Below are positions 36,244 to 45,059 of a DNA stretch of 58,696 bases, piece after piece. The notes beneath the pieces were generated by a model, which had not been told where the DNA came from, did no database searches, and was given only the letters and a program-made list of their open reading frames with translations. This DNA comes from an uncultured Gammaproteobacteria bacterium (GTDB lineage: Bacteria > Pseudomonadota > Gammaproteobacteria > Steroidobacterales > Rariloculaceae). The DNA lies in the NCBI GenBank assembly GCA_964518995.1, contig CAZFJU010000002.1, positions 1-58,696 of the forward strand, written 5' to 3'. Position 1 is the stretch's first letter; each line of letters begins with the position of its first letter. The translations under genes and the position numbers were made by a program.

Positions 36244-38058
36244 ATGAATAATCACGACGACGGCACAAGTAACAGATCAGCTAATCGTCCCTTCGAGGAC
36301 GTCTTATTGTCGTACCGGACTCGGCGCGACGTGCTACGCGGCGGGCTCGCGTCCGCCGCGGCGGCATTCCTCACGTCTTCTCCGGTGCTATCGCCGGCCG
36401 CTGAGAAGCCGCGAGGCAAGGCTCGCCCCGGCCTGATGGACTTCGAGCCGCTCCCGGTCGCGGGCGGCGGCGGCAGGACGCCGAGAATCGCTCCGGACTA
36501 CCAGATGCAGATCCTCATTCCGTGGGGAGAGCGGATCAATCCCTCCTCCGGCCCGGATTTCGCTTGGCCGCCGAGCGCCGCCGATCAGGAGAAGCAAGTC
36601 GGCATTGGGCACGACGGCATGTGGTTCTTCCCTCTCGACGAAAGCAGCGAGCGCGGCCTTCTCGTGCTGAACCACGAATACGGCACGAACAACCACATCC
36701 TCGGCCGCCCGCCTGAGAGCCTCGACGACGTGCGCGTCTCACAGCGCGCACACGGCATCTCGGTCGTGGAGCTCGTGAAGGACGACGGCGGCTGGCAGCA
36801 CGTCGACAGCCGGTACGCGCGGCGCATCCACGCAAACACGCCGGTCGAATTCAGCGGGCCTGCGGCCGATTCGCCGCTCCTGCGCAATCCGGCCAACAAT
36901 CCGCCCGCCGGCACGCTGAACAACTGCGCCAACGGTCATACGCCGTGGGGCACCTACCTCACGTGCGAGGAAAACGTGCACTTCTACTTCGGCGGCGAAG
37001 GGTTCACGCCGAACGCGCGCCAGGAACGCTACGGTTTCACCTCGCGCTGGACCGCCTTCCACGGCTGGAGCCGTTTCGATTCGCGCTTCAATCTCATGGA
37101 CGCGGACTACGTGAACGAGCCCAATCGCTTCGGCTGGATCGTCGAGATCGACCCCCTCGCACCGGACGCGAAACCGATCAAGCGCACGGCGCTCGGGCGC
37201 TTCCGGCACGAAGGCTGCGCCATTACCGTCGGAGAGGACGACCGCGTTGTCGGTTACATGGGTGACGACGAAGGTTTTGAGTACATCTACAAGTACGTCT
37301 CGGAGAAGAGTTGGAAGGCCCTACGCGACGAGGGCCGCAGCCCGCTGGATCACGGCAAGCTCTATGCCGCGAAATTCAACGATGACGGCAGCGGCGAATG
37401 GCTCGAGCTGACGATAGAAAACCCCTTGCTTGCCGAGGAGTTTGAAGATGAGGCGGAAGTCTTGCTGTTCGCACGACGGGCCGCGGATCTGGTCGGCGCG
37501 ACACCGATGGATCGGCCCGAGTGGACCACCGTCGGCCCCGACGAGTACGTGTATTGCTCGCTCACCAATAATATCCAGCGTAATGCGGCGGACGCCGCGA
37601 ATCCGACCGCACCGAATGTGCACGGCCACATCATCCGCTGGCGCGATGAGCGCCACCACGTCGGCACCAAGTTCGAGTGGGACATTTTCCTGATCGCCGA
37701 GGAGACCCACGGCACGGAAGAATCGTTCTCGTCTCCGGACGGGCTTTGGGCCGATCCCGACGGCCGCTTGTTCATCCAAACCGACGGCAGCGGCCAGGCG
37801 GACGGGCTCAATGATCAGATGCTGGTCGCCGATACCGAGAGCGGCGAGATCAAACGCCTGTTCGAGGGTGTACCCGGGTGCGAGGTGACGGGGATTGCCG
37901 TGACGCCGGATCGCCGCACGATGTTCATCAACGTTCAGCATCCGGGAAATGGGAACCCGGAGCAGACGAGCTTTCCCGAAGCATTCGATGGCGTCACGAT
38001 TCCTCGCGACGCGACAATCGCGATCAGCCGTAAGGACGGAGCGGTGATCGGCTCATGA
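36244..38058 (+). CDS. phoX: PhoX-family alkaline phosphatase (DUF839), Tat signal
   Basis: GGGGAGGA lies upstream of ATG 36244. Tat motif RRDVLRGGLASAAAAFL. PhoX blocks LVLNHEYGTN, NNCANGHTPWGTYLTCEEN, NRFGWIVEIDP, GRFRHEGCAI, MDRPEWTTV, CSLTNN, MFINVQHPG. Confidence 0.9.
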   Translation: MNNHDDGTSNRSANRPFEDVLLSYRTRRDVLRGGLASAAAAFLTSSPVLSPAAEKPRGKARPGLMDFEPLPVAGGGGRTPRIAPDYQMQILIPWGERINPSSGPDFAWPPSAADQEKQVGIGHDGMWFFPLDESSERGLLVLNHEYGTNNHILGRPPESLDDVRVSQRAHGISVVELVKDDGGWQHVDSRYARRIHANTPVEFSGPAADSPLLRNPANNPPAGTLNNCANGHTPWGTYLTCEENVHFYFGGEGFTPNARQERYGFTSRWTAFHGWSRFDSRFNLMDADYVNEPNRFGWIVEIDPLAPDAKPIKRTALGRFRHEGCAITVGEDDRVVGYMGDDEGFEYIYKYVSEKSWKALRDEGRSPLDHGKLYAAKFNDDGSGEWLELTIENPLLAEEFEDEAEVLLFARRAADLVGATPMDRPEWTTVGPDEYVYCSLTNNIQRNAADAANPTAPNVHGHIIRWRDERHHVGTKFEWDIFLIAEETHGTEESFSSPDGLWADPDGRLFIQTDGSGQADGLNDQMLVADTESGEIKRLFEGVPGCEVTGIAVTPDRRTMFINVQHPGNGNPEQTSFPEAFDGVTIPRDATIAISRKDGAVIGS

Positions 38059-38064
38059 GCAGTA

Positions 38065-38090
38065 GAGCCCCCGGCTTGCGCCGGGGGCTC
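38065..38090. terminator. bidirectional stem-loop terminator between convergent phoX and G8 gene
   Basis: GAGCCCCCGGC (38065..38075), loop TTGC, GCCGGGGGCTC (38080..38090): a perfect 11-bp GC-rich stem. It lies 7 nt after the phoX stop and 26 nt after the G8 gene stop. There is no clear U-tract. Confidence 0.6.
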
Positions 38091-38115
38091 TAGTTCAGTC
38101 CGCAGGTATTGAATT

Positions 38116-40674
38116 TTACCTGAGCACTTCGATGCGGGTTCCTACTCCACCGAAATTGCCAGGGCTGCCGGCACTGCCGGCATCTTCTACGACATCGACC
38201 ACGAGCTTGACCCAAAGCGTGTCGCCGTCGGCGTAGTACGCGGTGTGACTCGCCTCGCGCAGCGCAGCCAGGCTGCTTTGCTCTGCGCCCGCAGCGGCCT
38301 TGGTGAACCCGGGCAGCTCGAAGATTACCCAGGAGCCCTCGTCCATCTGGCTCAGGGACAGCGGCAAGGATTCTCTTTTTGTATTGACCGTAACTTCGGC
38401 TCCGCTGCGGATCGTGGTTTGCCCCCGGAACTCGAAATCCCGGCCGTTACGGCTGAGAATGACCGGCTCAGCATCCCGGTTAGCGCCGAATCCGAAACCA
38501 CCGCCGAGACTGAGGCGACCGAAATCACCCTGACACACAGCAGCGCCCCATGTTGGCTTGATCTCACAGGCTTCTTCGTCGGACGCGATGCCGTTGTCGA
38601 TGACAATGTACGAATCCGGCACACCGCTGATTGAGCCGTCCAAGTCGTGAATGGCCGCGGTCAGATACGCTCCACTGCCCCCAAAGTCGTTAGCCCACTT
38701 TTCCAACCGCTCCGGGAAGTGCACCGGCTTGGCGTTGACGAACTTCAGGCCTTTAGCGGCGTTCTCGGTGCTCATCCCAAAGCTGGTATAGAGCAGATAC
38801 GAGAGCGCTCCTGCCTCGCGAGTGTCGTTGTCTTCGTAATTCACGAAGGTGGTGTTCTCGATCGTATGCACGAAGTCGTAGTACTCGTAGCCACGAATCG
38901 GGAAATCCGCGATCGCTTTCGGCAAGCTGCGGCCGTACGCGATTTCCTCCGGCGTTTTGGGGTTACCGATGTTGTCGGTTTCACCCACGAACAGCGAGTC
39001 AATGACCTTTGACGTGAAGGGGTCACGACCGATCGAGCCGGAAGCAAACGTGTAGCCGATAGCGTTGTCGGCGAGCTTCAGATTCCGGAATACCTTCATC
39101 TCGCCGCGGGCCCAGACGCCGCCATTGCGGTTCTTGTAGGCCGTGAAATCCTCGATGACCGACTCAATCGACTTGCTGTTCGGATCAGCGGGGTTCTCAC
39201 GTGCGATATGCGAGCTGCCGGTCACACCGAAAGTGTTATCGGCCGCGAAATTGCGGTCGAACATCAGGCCATCGAAGTTCGAGTGGGCGACGTTGCCCCT
39301 GAACTCCCCTTGCGGCATTCGACGCGGCCAGGTGTTCGCGCTGATCTCCGTGCCCTCGAACGCGCCGTTCGGATGCTCCGGCAACGAGAACCAGAAGCCG
39401 GTCGAGTCGGAACCTGCGGCTACGTTGTCGATGTAATCGTTGGACGGGTTGGTGATCCAGAACGTCGCGGCCGTGTTGTCCGAAGGAATCAGGATATGTT
39501 CGGATCTCTGGCCTGCGAAGCTACCCGGGTCGGAGGGTATCCCGAGGTTGGTCGGCACACACTCCATGGTCGGATGGCACTTGGTTTGGATACCGAGATT
39601 GCGAACGAGCTGGTTACCCTGCTCGATGCCGTCTTCCATGAAGAAGCAGTGCCCGACGGTGTTGTAGGTGACGTTGTTTTCGACACGCAGATTATCCGTG
39701 CCGTGAATGGTCACGCAGCGGTTGTAGGTGTTGTGAATCGCAGAGTTTCTGATGTACTGCCCCGTCACGTCGCCGTTCAGATGCCAGTGGATCGGGTAGC
39801 GGGCGAGCTCCAGGTGCTGCCCCATTCGGTACAACTCGACGCCGGACACATTCATCGTGCTTCCCGCCATCGCCATGATATGCCCGCCGACATAGGTCTC
39901 TTCGGCGTCGGCGGAAGCCCGAACTTTGATATTGCGCGTCAGCAAGCCGACCTCACCGCGTTGGTCGACGTCGAACGTGATCTCACCGAAATGCATGTAC
40001 TCGAGCGGCTGATCGAGCGTCAGCGTATTGCCGTCGATGGCCGCGATGTGGCGCGTCTCCGCTTGCCTCGGATCGAAATCCGTCGAAGCCAGGACGATCT
40101 GGTCACCGACTCGCCAGCCGCTGGCATCTAGAACCTCGATCTTGGTGCTGCCGGCCTCGGCAGTTTCGGCCAGCTTGGTCCACGCGTTCTCCCGATCACC
40201 GTGCAGGCTCAGCACCCCGCCGACAATCATGATCCCACGGTCACCCATTCCCATGACGTTCTCGTCGGGGACGTTGTTGGTCAGGGTGATCGTCGCGTTG
40301 CGCGTATGAGGATTGTTTTCGCTCCCGGCATGCAGCTCCCCACGCAGCAGAATCCACTCGGTGGTGAGCTCGACGTCCTTATCGTCGGCAAAGCTGAGCG
40401 TGCCGTTGAGATTCAAACCGTGCAGCGCCGGCGGATCCACATCGAGGACGATATCCATCCCCTCGTCGATTGTGACGATGTCGCCGGCCTCCGGCAGTAC
40501 GCCACCGGACCAAGTGGATGGATCGGACCACAGTCCGCCTTTGACGGCCGAGTAGCCCTGCTCTTGGGCCTCGACGTGAGCATGCTCCTGTGCTTGGGCG
40601 CCAGCAGCCCCGCTGACGGCAACACCGGCCGCTATAAGCCATGACGAAAAGAACGGACGATGGAGTATTCGCAT
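38116..40674 (-). CDS. secreted G8-domain / right-handed beta-helix protein (CEMIP/TMEM2-like architecture), copy 1
   Basis: Signal MRILHRPFFSSWLIAAGVAVSGAAGAQA. G8 block GGLWSDPSTWSGGVLPEAGDIVTIDEGMDIVLDVDPPALHGLNLNGTLSFAD..ELTTEWILLRGELHAG. Beta-helix (PbH1-like) turns ARYPIHWHLNGDVTGQYIRNSAIHNTYNRCVTIHGTDNLRVENNVTYNTVGHCFFMEDGIEQGN. Confidence 0.85.
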   Translation of the reverse strand: MRILHRPFFSSWLIAAGVAVSGAAGAQAQEHAHVEAQEQGYSAVKGGLWSDPSTWSGGVLPEAGDIVTIDEGMDIVLDVDPPALHGLNLNGTLSFADDKDVELTTEWILLRGELHAGSENNPHTRNATITLTNNVPDENVMGMGDRGIMIVGGVLSLHGDRENAWTKLAETAEAGSTKIEVLDASGWRVGDQIVLASTDFDPRQAETRHIAAIDGNTLTLDQPLEYMHFGEITFDVDQRGEVGLLTRNIKVRASADAEETYVGGHIMAMAGSTMNVSGVELYRMGQHLELARYPIHWHLNGDVTGQYIRNSAIHNTYNRCVTIHGTDNLRVENNVTYNTVGHCFFMEDGIEQGNQLVRNLGIQTKCHPTMECVPTNLGIPSDPGSFAGQRSEHILIPSDNTAATFWITNPSNDYIDNVAAGSDSTGFWFSLPEHPNGAFEGTEISANTWPRRMPQGEFRGNVAHSNFDGLMFDRNFAADNTFGVTGSSHIARENPADPNSKSIESVIEDFTAYKNRNGGVWARGEMKVFRNLKLADNAIGYTFASGSIGRDPFTSKVIDSLFVGETDNIGNPKTPEEIAYGRSLPKAIADFPIRGYEYYDFVHTIENTTFVNYEDNDTREAGALSYLLYTSFGMSTENAAKGLKFVNAKPVHFPERLEKWANDFGGSGAYLTAAIHDLDGSISGVPDSYIVIDNGIASDEEACEIKPTWGAAVCQGDFGRLSLGGGFGFGANRDAEPVILSRNGRDFEFRGQTTIRSGAEVTVNTKRESLPLSLSQMDEGSWVIFELPGFTKAAAGAEQSSLAALREASHTAYYADGDTLWVKLVVDVVEDAGSAGSPGNFGGVGTRIEVLR

Positions 40675-40745
40675 GAAATCAGCCTCCCGGCACTCGGCTT
40701 TCGGAGTCCCGTACTTGAGCGAGTCAGAACGGCGCGAGCGATGAG

Positions 40746-40785
40746 CTTATATCAGAAGCATGCAGTTGGGCGTTAAGAATTCTTA
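40746..40785 (-). promoter_or_regulatory. candidate extended -10 promoter plus 12-bp perfect palindrome upstream of G8 copy 1
   Basis: On the gene strand, TGATATAAG (40754..40746) matches the extended -10 pattern TGnTATAAT. TAAGAATTCTTA (40774..40785) is a perfect AT-rich palindrome in GC-rich DNA, 100 bp upstream of the start codon. Both elements recur upstream of G8 copy 2. Confidence 0.45.
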
Positions 40786-40888
40786 TATGGCCGGCCGCCC
40801 CGGCGAGCCCGCAGCCGCGGCACGGCTCGATCGTCGGTCCGGCCACGATCCGCTATAATCGGACCGCTCGAAGTTCAGGACCAGCGTC

Positions 40889-41311
40889 TTGCGCGATCCA
40901 AACCCCAAATTTCTCGCCAGTTTCATGCTCGCCGTCGGAATGACCGTCGGGCAGGTCGCACTGGCCGATTCCGACCAGCTGGCCGCCAAAACCGCCGCGC
41001 CGAGCTCGACGCCCGCGCGTCTGACCGGCCCGCAGGTCTACAACAACGTCTGTATCGCCTGTCACTCCCCGCCCGGCATCGGCGGTGCACCGGCGCTCGG
41101 CGACGCCAATGCCTGGGCCGCGCGTATCGGCCAAGGCATGGACACGCTCATCGGTCATGCGCTGCGCGGATTGTCCGGCAGCACGGGCATCATGCCGCGC
41201 AAGGGCGGGCGGCTCGACCTCTCCGATGAGGAGGTGATCGCGGCGGTCGAGTACATGGTCGCGCAGGTCGCCGATCGCGACGATCGAGCCGCCCAGAAGG
41301 CAGCTCGATGA
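40889..41311 (+). CDS. cytochrome c5-like class I c-type cytochrome
   Basis: CIACHS heme motif, then GIGGAPALGDANAWAARIGQGMDTLIGHALRGL..GIMPRKGG..LSDEEVIAAVEYM. Signal MRDPNPKFLASFMLAVGMTVGQVALA (TTG start). TATAAT at 40854..40859 lies upstream. Confidence 0.8.
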   Translation: MRDPNPKFLASFMLAVGMTVGQVALADSDQLAAKTAAPSSTPARLTGPQVYNNVCIACHSPPGIGGAPALGDANAWAARIGQGMDTLIGHALRGLSGSTGIMPRKGGRLDLSDEEVIAAVEYMVAQVADRDDRAAQKAAR

Positions 41312-41334
41312 ACCGCCCGCGCTGAACTTACCGC

Positions 41335-41369
41335 CCGACGCACCGGCCGAGAATGCGCTGGTGCGTCGG
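41335..41369. terminator. possible stem-loop between convergent cytochrome c5 and S8 peptidase genes
   Basis: CCGACGCACC (41335..41344) pairs with GGTGCGTCGG (41360..41369): a 10-bp stem with a 15-nt loop and no U-tract. Confidence 0.3.
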
Positions 41370-41380
41370 CTAGAACGACG

Positions 41381-42592
41381 TTAGCGCGGCGCTCTAACTA
41401 TTCCTACGCCGATATCGGCCTCATCGACTGCCGAATCGAGATCTTGTCTAGTGGCAGAAGCGATCAGGTGAGCCAGCACCGTCGATGCGCGCGGCCGGTT
41501 AAACGTCTCGCGCACCGCTTGCCACCAGAGCGCCGACACGCCCGCAACGTGCGGTGTAGCCATACTCGTTCCGGAAAGGCTTCGCAATCCGCCGCCCGGA
41601 CGCGCCGAGACAATATCTACCCCAGGAGCGCAAACCTGCGGGAAAGTGTTGGAAAAATCCGCTACTTGCAAGCCGTTGATGCCCTGCCGTAGCGCCCCAA
41701 CCGATACTACACCTTCGGCCGCGGCAGGCAGAGCGACAGCAATTTCCAGATCCGAATTTTCGGAACTCATGTTCTCGTTCCCAGCCGCGGCGCAAACGAA
41801 CGTGCCTTCGCTGAACCCGCCGGAAAACAGCGTCTGAATGATGCCCATGAGTTGGTCGAACATTCGTACGTTGGCCCGGTAGCCCTGCAGAGCAAAAGAG
41901 GTTGCCGAGGTGATCGGCCAGCCGAAACTCTCCGTCAGACGCTGAACCAAACCCGGGAAATCGAAGCCGAGCGACATGGAGATGACGTCGGCTCGGTTGT
42001 CGATCGCCCACTGGATCCCGCGAAAGATCATATCCGAGTCGCCCGAGCCGTCATCGCCGAGAACCTTCCCAATGAGCGCTTCCTGAACACCCGGAGCGAC
42101 ACCGATGCGAAGTCCATCCGCGTCACGGCCGAATATCGTTCCAGCGCAGTGAGTTCCGTGACCCTGACGATCACCGTCGCCGGCTCCGGAGAAATCCTTC
42201 TCGCTGATCGTCATGCCGGCGAATGCCGGGTGGTCGCGGTCGATCCCGGTGTCGAGCACTGCCACTCTTACTCCCGCCCCAGTGAATCGTGTATCGCTGG
42301 CGCCCACCGCAGCGATGCCCCAGGTCGAGTCGACGGCAGCCGTCGAATCCAACGGCTCGATAAGGCGTGTAGGGAAGGCGGGCGCTAGCCCTCGCACACG
42401 CGGGTCGCGCGAAATATCCAAAACCTCCTTCTTGGTGAGATCGGCCGTCTCCAGCACGACCTCGCCGAGCATGGCCTCGAGACGAGATGCACCGCCGGAC
42501 GAAGCTCCGCGGGCTCCCAATCCTCGTACGGTTCCGGGCAGAAAAGGCTCGGCTAACGATACGTGAAGATCTCGCAGAACCGTGTACTTCAT
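41381..42592 (-). CDS. S8 family serine peptidase (subtilase), no signal peptide
   Basis: Catalytic triad blocks VAVLDTGIDRDHPAF (Asp), GHGTHCAGTIFG (His), SGTSMATPHVAGVSAL (Ser). The N-terminus MKYTVLRDLHVSLAEPF is not hydrophobic. Confidence 0.9.
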   Translation of the reverse strand: MKYTVLRDLHVSLAEPFLPGTVRGLGARGASSGGASRLEAMLGEVVLETADLTKKEVLDISRDPRVRGLAPAFPTRLIEPLDSTAAVDSTWGIAAVGASDTRFTGAGVRVAVLDTGIDRDHPAFAGMTISEKDFSGAGDGDRQGHGTHCAGTIFGRDADGLRIGVAPGVQEALIGKVLGDDGSGDSDMIFRGIQWAIDNRADVISMSLGFDFPGLVQRLTESFGWPITSATSFALQGYRANVRMFDQLMGIIQTLFSGGFSEGTFVCAAAGNENMSSENSDLEIAVALPAAAEGVVSVGALRQGINGLQVADFSNTFPQVCAPGVDIVSARPGGGLRSLSGTSMATPHVAGVSALWWQAVRETFNRPRASTVLAHLIASATRQDLDSAVDEADIGVGIVRAPR

Positions 42593-42712
42593 GATGGTCC
42601 TCCCAGTTCAGACATCGTGTCATCACGCTACTCGGAGACGGTCAACGGGAACATTTCAGCGATGCATGCGACTGAGCTGCGTCGACGGAGAACTTATGGG
42701 GTTGATAGGCCC

Positions 42713-45007
42713 CTACTTTTCGAGAAGCAACAGAACGGAGCGCGGATTCACTACGTAAGTCGGCCCGTCGAGCGCTTCCTCTTGACCTGGTTCGACGATG
42801 TTGTCTCGGTCTTCCATCCACGCGTCGGTGTCGGCGACCCGAAACCAGCGCCTACCGTGGAGATTCGCGGGCAGCGTCGCGATCACGTCTTCCGACCAGC
42901 CGTTATACGCCACGTAAATCGAGGTCGCGCTGTCGCCGAGCTCCGTGCCATCGATGCGGTACGAGAGAAAATGATTATCGGTGTTGTCGAGGTACGCGGC
43001 GTCCGCCTCGGCGCCTGAGCTCATGAGCCAGGTGATGTCCTTGAGTCCGTTGCCATTACCGTCCGCGCCCGTGAAGTAGTCCGCCACTCGCAGCGCTGGA
43101 TGCGTGTTGCGAAACGCGAATAGCTTCTTGGCGTAGCGATGAAACTGCGCGAACGTGACGGCGTTCGACCAGTCGAGGTAGTTCTTGTCCGAGTCGAGGT
43201 TGTACGGGTTGTTGTTGCCGAACTGCGTGCGGTACATCTCGTCGCCGCCCGTGATCATCGGCACGCCGGCAGAAAGCATCAGGAACGCGAGCGCCGTCCG
43301 TGCGGCCTGCCGTTGCGCGACCGGGTCGCCGCCGTGGTCCCATTCGATGTTATTGTCGCTGCCGCCATCCGACGGGCCGAACGGCCACGGCTGCTGGTTC
43401 TGCTTTGAACTGTACGAGTACAAGTCGCGCAGCGAGTAGCCGTCGTGCGCCACGATGAAATTCACTGAATGCCACGGCTTGCGGCCGTCGTCTTGATAGA
43501 GGTCTGAGGAGCCGGCGAAGCGGCGCGCGAGCTCGGCGGGCGGAACATGAGCCACGCTGAGGCGATTCTGTGCGACGCGGAAGGTATCGCGATACTTGTC
43601 GTTCCACTCAGCCCAGCCGCTCGGGAATTGGCCGACTTGGTAAGTGCCGGTGCCTATCGCCCACGGCTCAGCGATCAAGTCCACGCCCTCGCCTCCGTCG
43701 GCTGGGCGCGCAGGCAGCTCGCTGACGGCGCGGTTCAGGATGTTTTGAGGCTCGAACTTGTTGAAGTAGAAGCACGCCTCGAGGCACGCGTTGCCGAGAA
43801 CGGACGCGAGGTCGAAGCGATAACCGTCGACGCCGAGCACGTCCTTCCAGTAGCTCAGCGAGTCGATAACGAGCTGGCGCACGCGCGGATGCGCTGTGTT
43901 CAAGTTCGGGCCCACGCCGTTGTTGTCAATGTAGAAGCGGCGGTCGGGTGCGAGCTCATAGTAGGCCGCGTTATCAAGCCCACGAAACGATAGCAGACGC
44001 GCGCGCTGACCGTTGTTCGCCGACGGGCCCTCACCCGTGTGGTTGTAGACGACGTCGATATAGACCTTGATGCCTTCGTCGTGGAAGGCGCGCGTCATCG
44101 CCTGGAATTCCCGCGTGGGTCCGCCGGGCGAGGCGTCCGCAGCGTAGCGACGATCGGGCGCGAAGTAGTTGATTGGATCGTAGCCCCAGTAGTTGTCGCC
44201 GCTTGTCGAAAGCTGGATATCGTTGTGCTCGTTCTGGAATTCCTGAACCGGCAAAAACTCGACGGCCGTGACTCCGAGGGCCTTCAGGTAGGCAGCTTTC
44301 CGTGCCGCGCCGGCGTAAGTACCGCGAAGGTCGGCCGGCACGCTCGGGTCGTTCAAGGTTAGCCCGCGCACATGCACCTCATAGATGATCTCGTCTTTGA
44401 AGGCTCGTGCAGGTCGGTTCGTCGTGTCGGCGGGCTCGGGCGCGAGCACAATGCCCTTCGGCGCGTGCGCGCCCGTATCGGTATTGCGCCGTGCGCCGGA
44501 TTCGGTTATCGCGTCGCTCGGCTGGCCCGGTCGACGCAGGTCGTGGCTGACCTCCAACGCGTACGGGTCGAGGAGCAGTTTGTTGGGATTAAAGCGGTTG
44601 CCCTGGTCATCCACGTCGGCGACGAAGCCTAGAGCCGCGCCGGGGCGCCACTCGGGATCGTAAATCCAATTCGGGCCCCATGCTCGATACCCGTAATAGA
44701 TCGTTCCGCCAATCCCGGCAGACTCAAGATCCGAGATGGACACGCTCGCGGTCCAGATCCCCGCTTCCGGATCGGGAATCAGCACGAGCTGCGCCTTCTC
44801 CGTTTCGCCGAACGGGCTCGCATAGATCCAGGCCTCGAGCCGGGTGGCCCGAGCGGAGTAGACACGAAACGTCACCGAGTCGCCGGCGGGGCCCAGCGTC
44901 GCGCCCAAGCCATCCGGACCGAACCCATTCGCGAGCGGCGCGACCAAGAAGTAGATAGACGCAACCCACAAGCACGACGGCAGAGCAAGCGAACCGTTCT
45001 TACGCAT
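42713..45007 (-). CDS. secreted isoamylase (GH13 glycogen-debranching type, Pseudomonas amyloderamosa isoamylase-like)
   Basis: Signal MRKNGSLALPSCLWVASIYFLVAPLANG. N-terminal CBM48-type VTFRVYSARATRLEAWIY. YYGYRAWGPNW, NRFNPNKLLLDPYA, YEVHVRGLT, LGVTAVEFLPVQEF, NYWGYDPINYFAPDRRYA, IKVYIDVVYNHTGEG, VDGYRFDLASVLG, LIAEPWAIG, NFIVAHDGYSL, IYVAYNGWS. Confidence 0.92.
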   Translation of the reverse strand: MRKNGSLALPSCLWVASIYFLVAPLANGFGPDGLGATLGPAGDSVTFRVYSARATRLEAWIYASPFGETEKAQLVLIPDPEAGIWTASVSISDLESAGIGGTIYYGYRAWGPNWIYDPEWRPGAALGFVADVDDQGNRFNPNKLLLDPYALEVSHDLRRPGQPSDAITESGARRNTDTGAHAPKGIVLAPEPADTTNRPARAFKDEIIYEVHVRGLTLNDPSVPADLRGTYAGAARKAAYLKALGVTAVEFLPVQEFQNEHNDIQLSTSGDNYWGYDPINYFAPDRRYAADASPGGPTREFQAMTRAFHDEGIKVYIDVVYNHTGEGPSANNGQRARLLSFRGLDNAAYYELAPDRRFYIDNNGVGPNLNTAHPRVRQLVIDSLSYWKDVLGVDGYRFDLASVLGNACLEACFYFNKFEPQNILNRAVSELPARPADGGEGVDLIAEPWAIGTGTYQVGQFPSGWAEWNDKYRDTFRVAQNRLSVAHVPPAELARRFAGSSDLYQDDGRKPWHSVNFIVAHDGYSLRDLYSYSSKQNQQPWPFGPSDGGSDNNIEWDHGGDPVAQRQAARTALAFLMLSAGVPMITGGDEMYRTQFGNNNPYNLDSDKNYLDWSNAVTFAQFHRYAKKLFAFRNTHPALRVADYFTGADGNGNGLKDITWLMSSGAEADAAYLDNTDNHFLSYRIDGTELGDSATSIYVAYNGWSEDVIATLPANLHGRRWFRVADTDAWMEDRDNIVEPGQEEALDGPTYVVNPRSVLLLLEK

Positions 45008-45059
45008 CGGCCAACGCTCCTACATCTTCGAGTCCCGCCCGACGCCGCGCAGCCGCCTG

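Noticed and set aside
39208-40131. 307-aa plus-strand ORF inside G8 copy 1
   Set aside because: Same situation as above. It is an antisense shadow frame and is the paralogous counterpart of the 53310..54908 artefact.
41381-42592. S8 peptidase without signal peptide as part of a defence or toxin system, or as the sixth gene of the GMC/isoamylase operon
   Set aside because: No partner ATPase, nuclease or effector gene is adjacent. A 120-bp gap separates it from the isoamylase stop. Nothing in the sequence ties it to either role, so it is left as a stand-alone intracellular subtilase.
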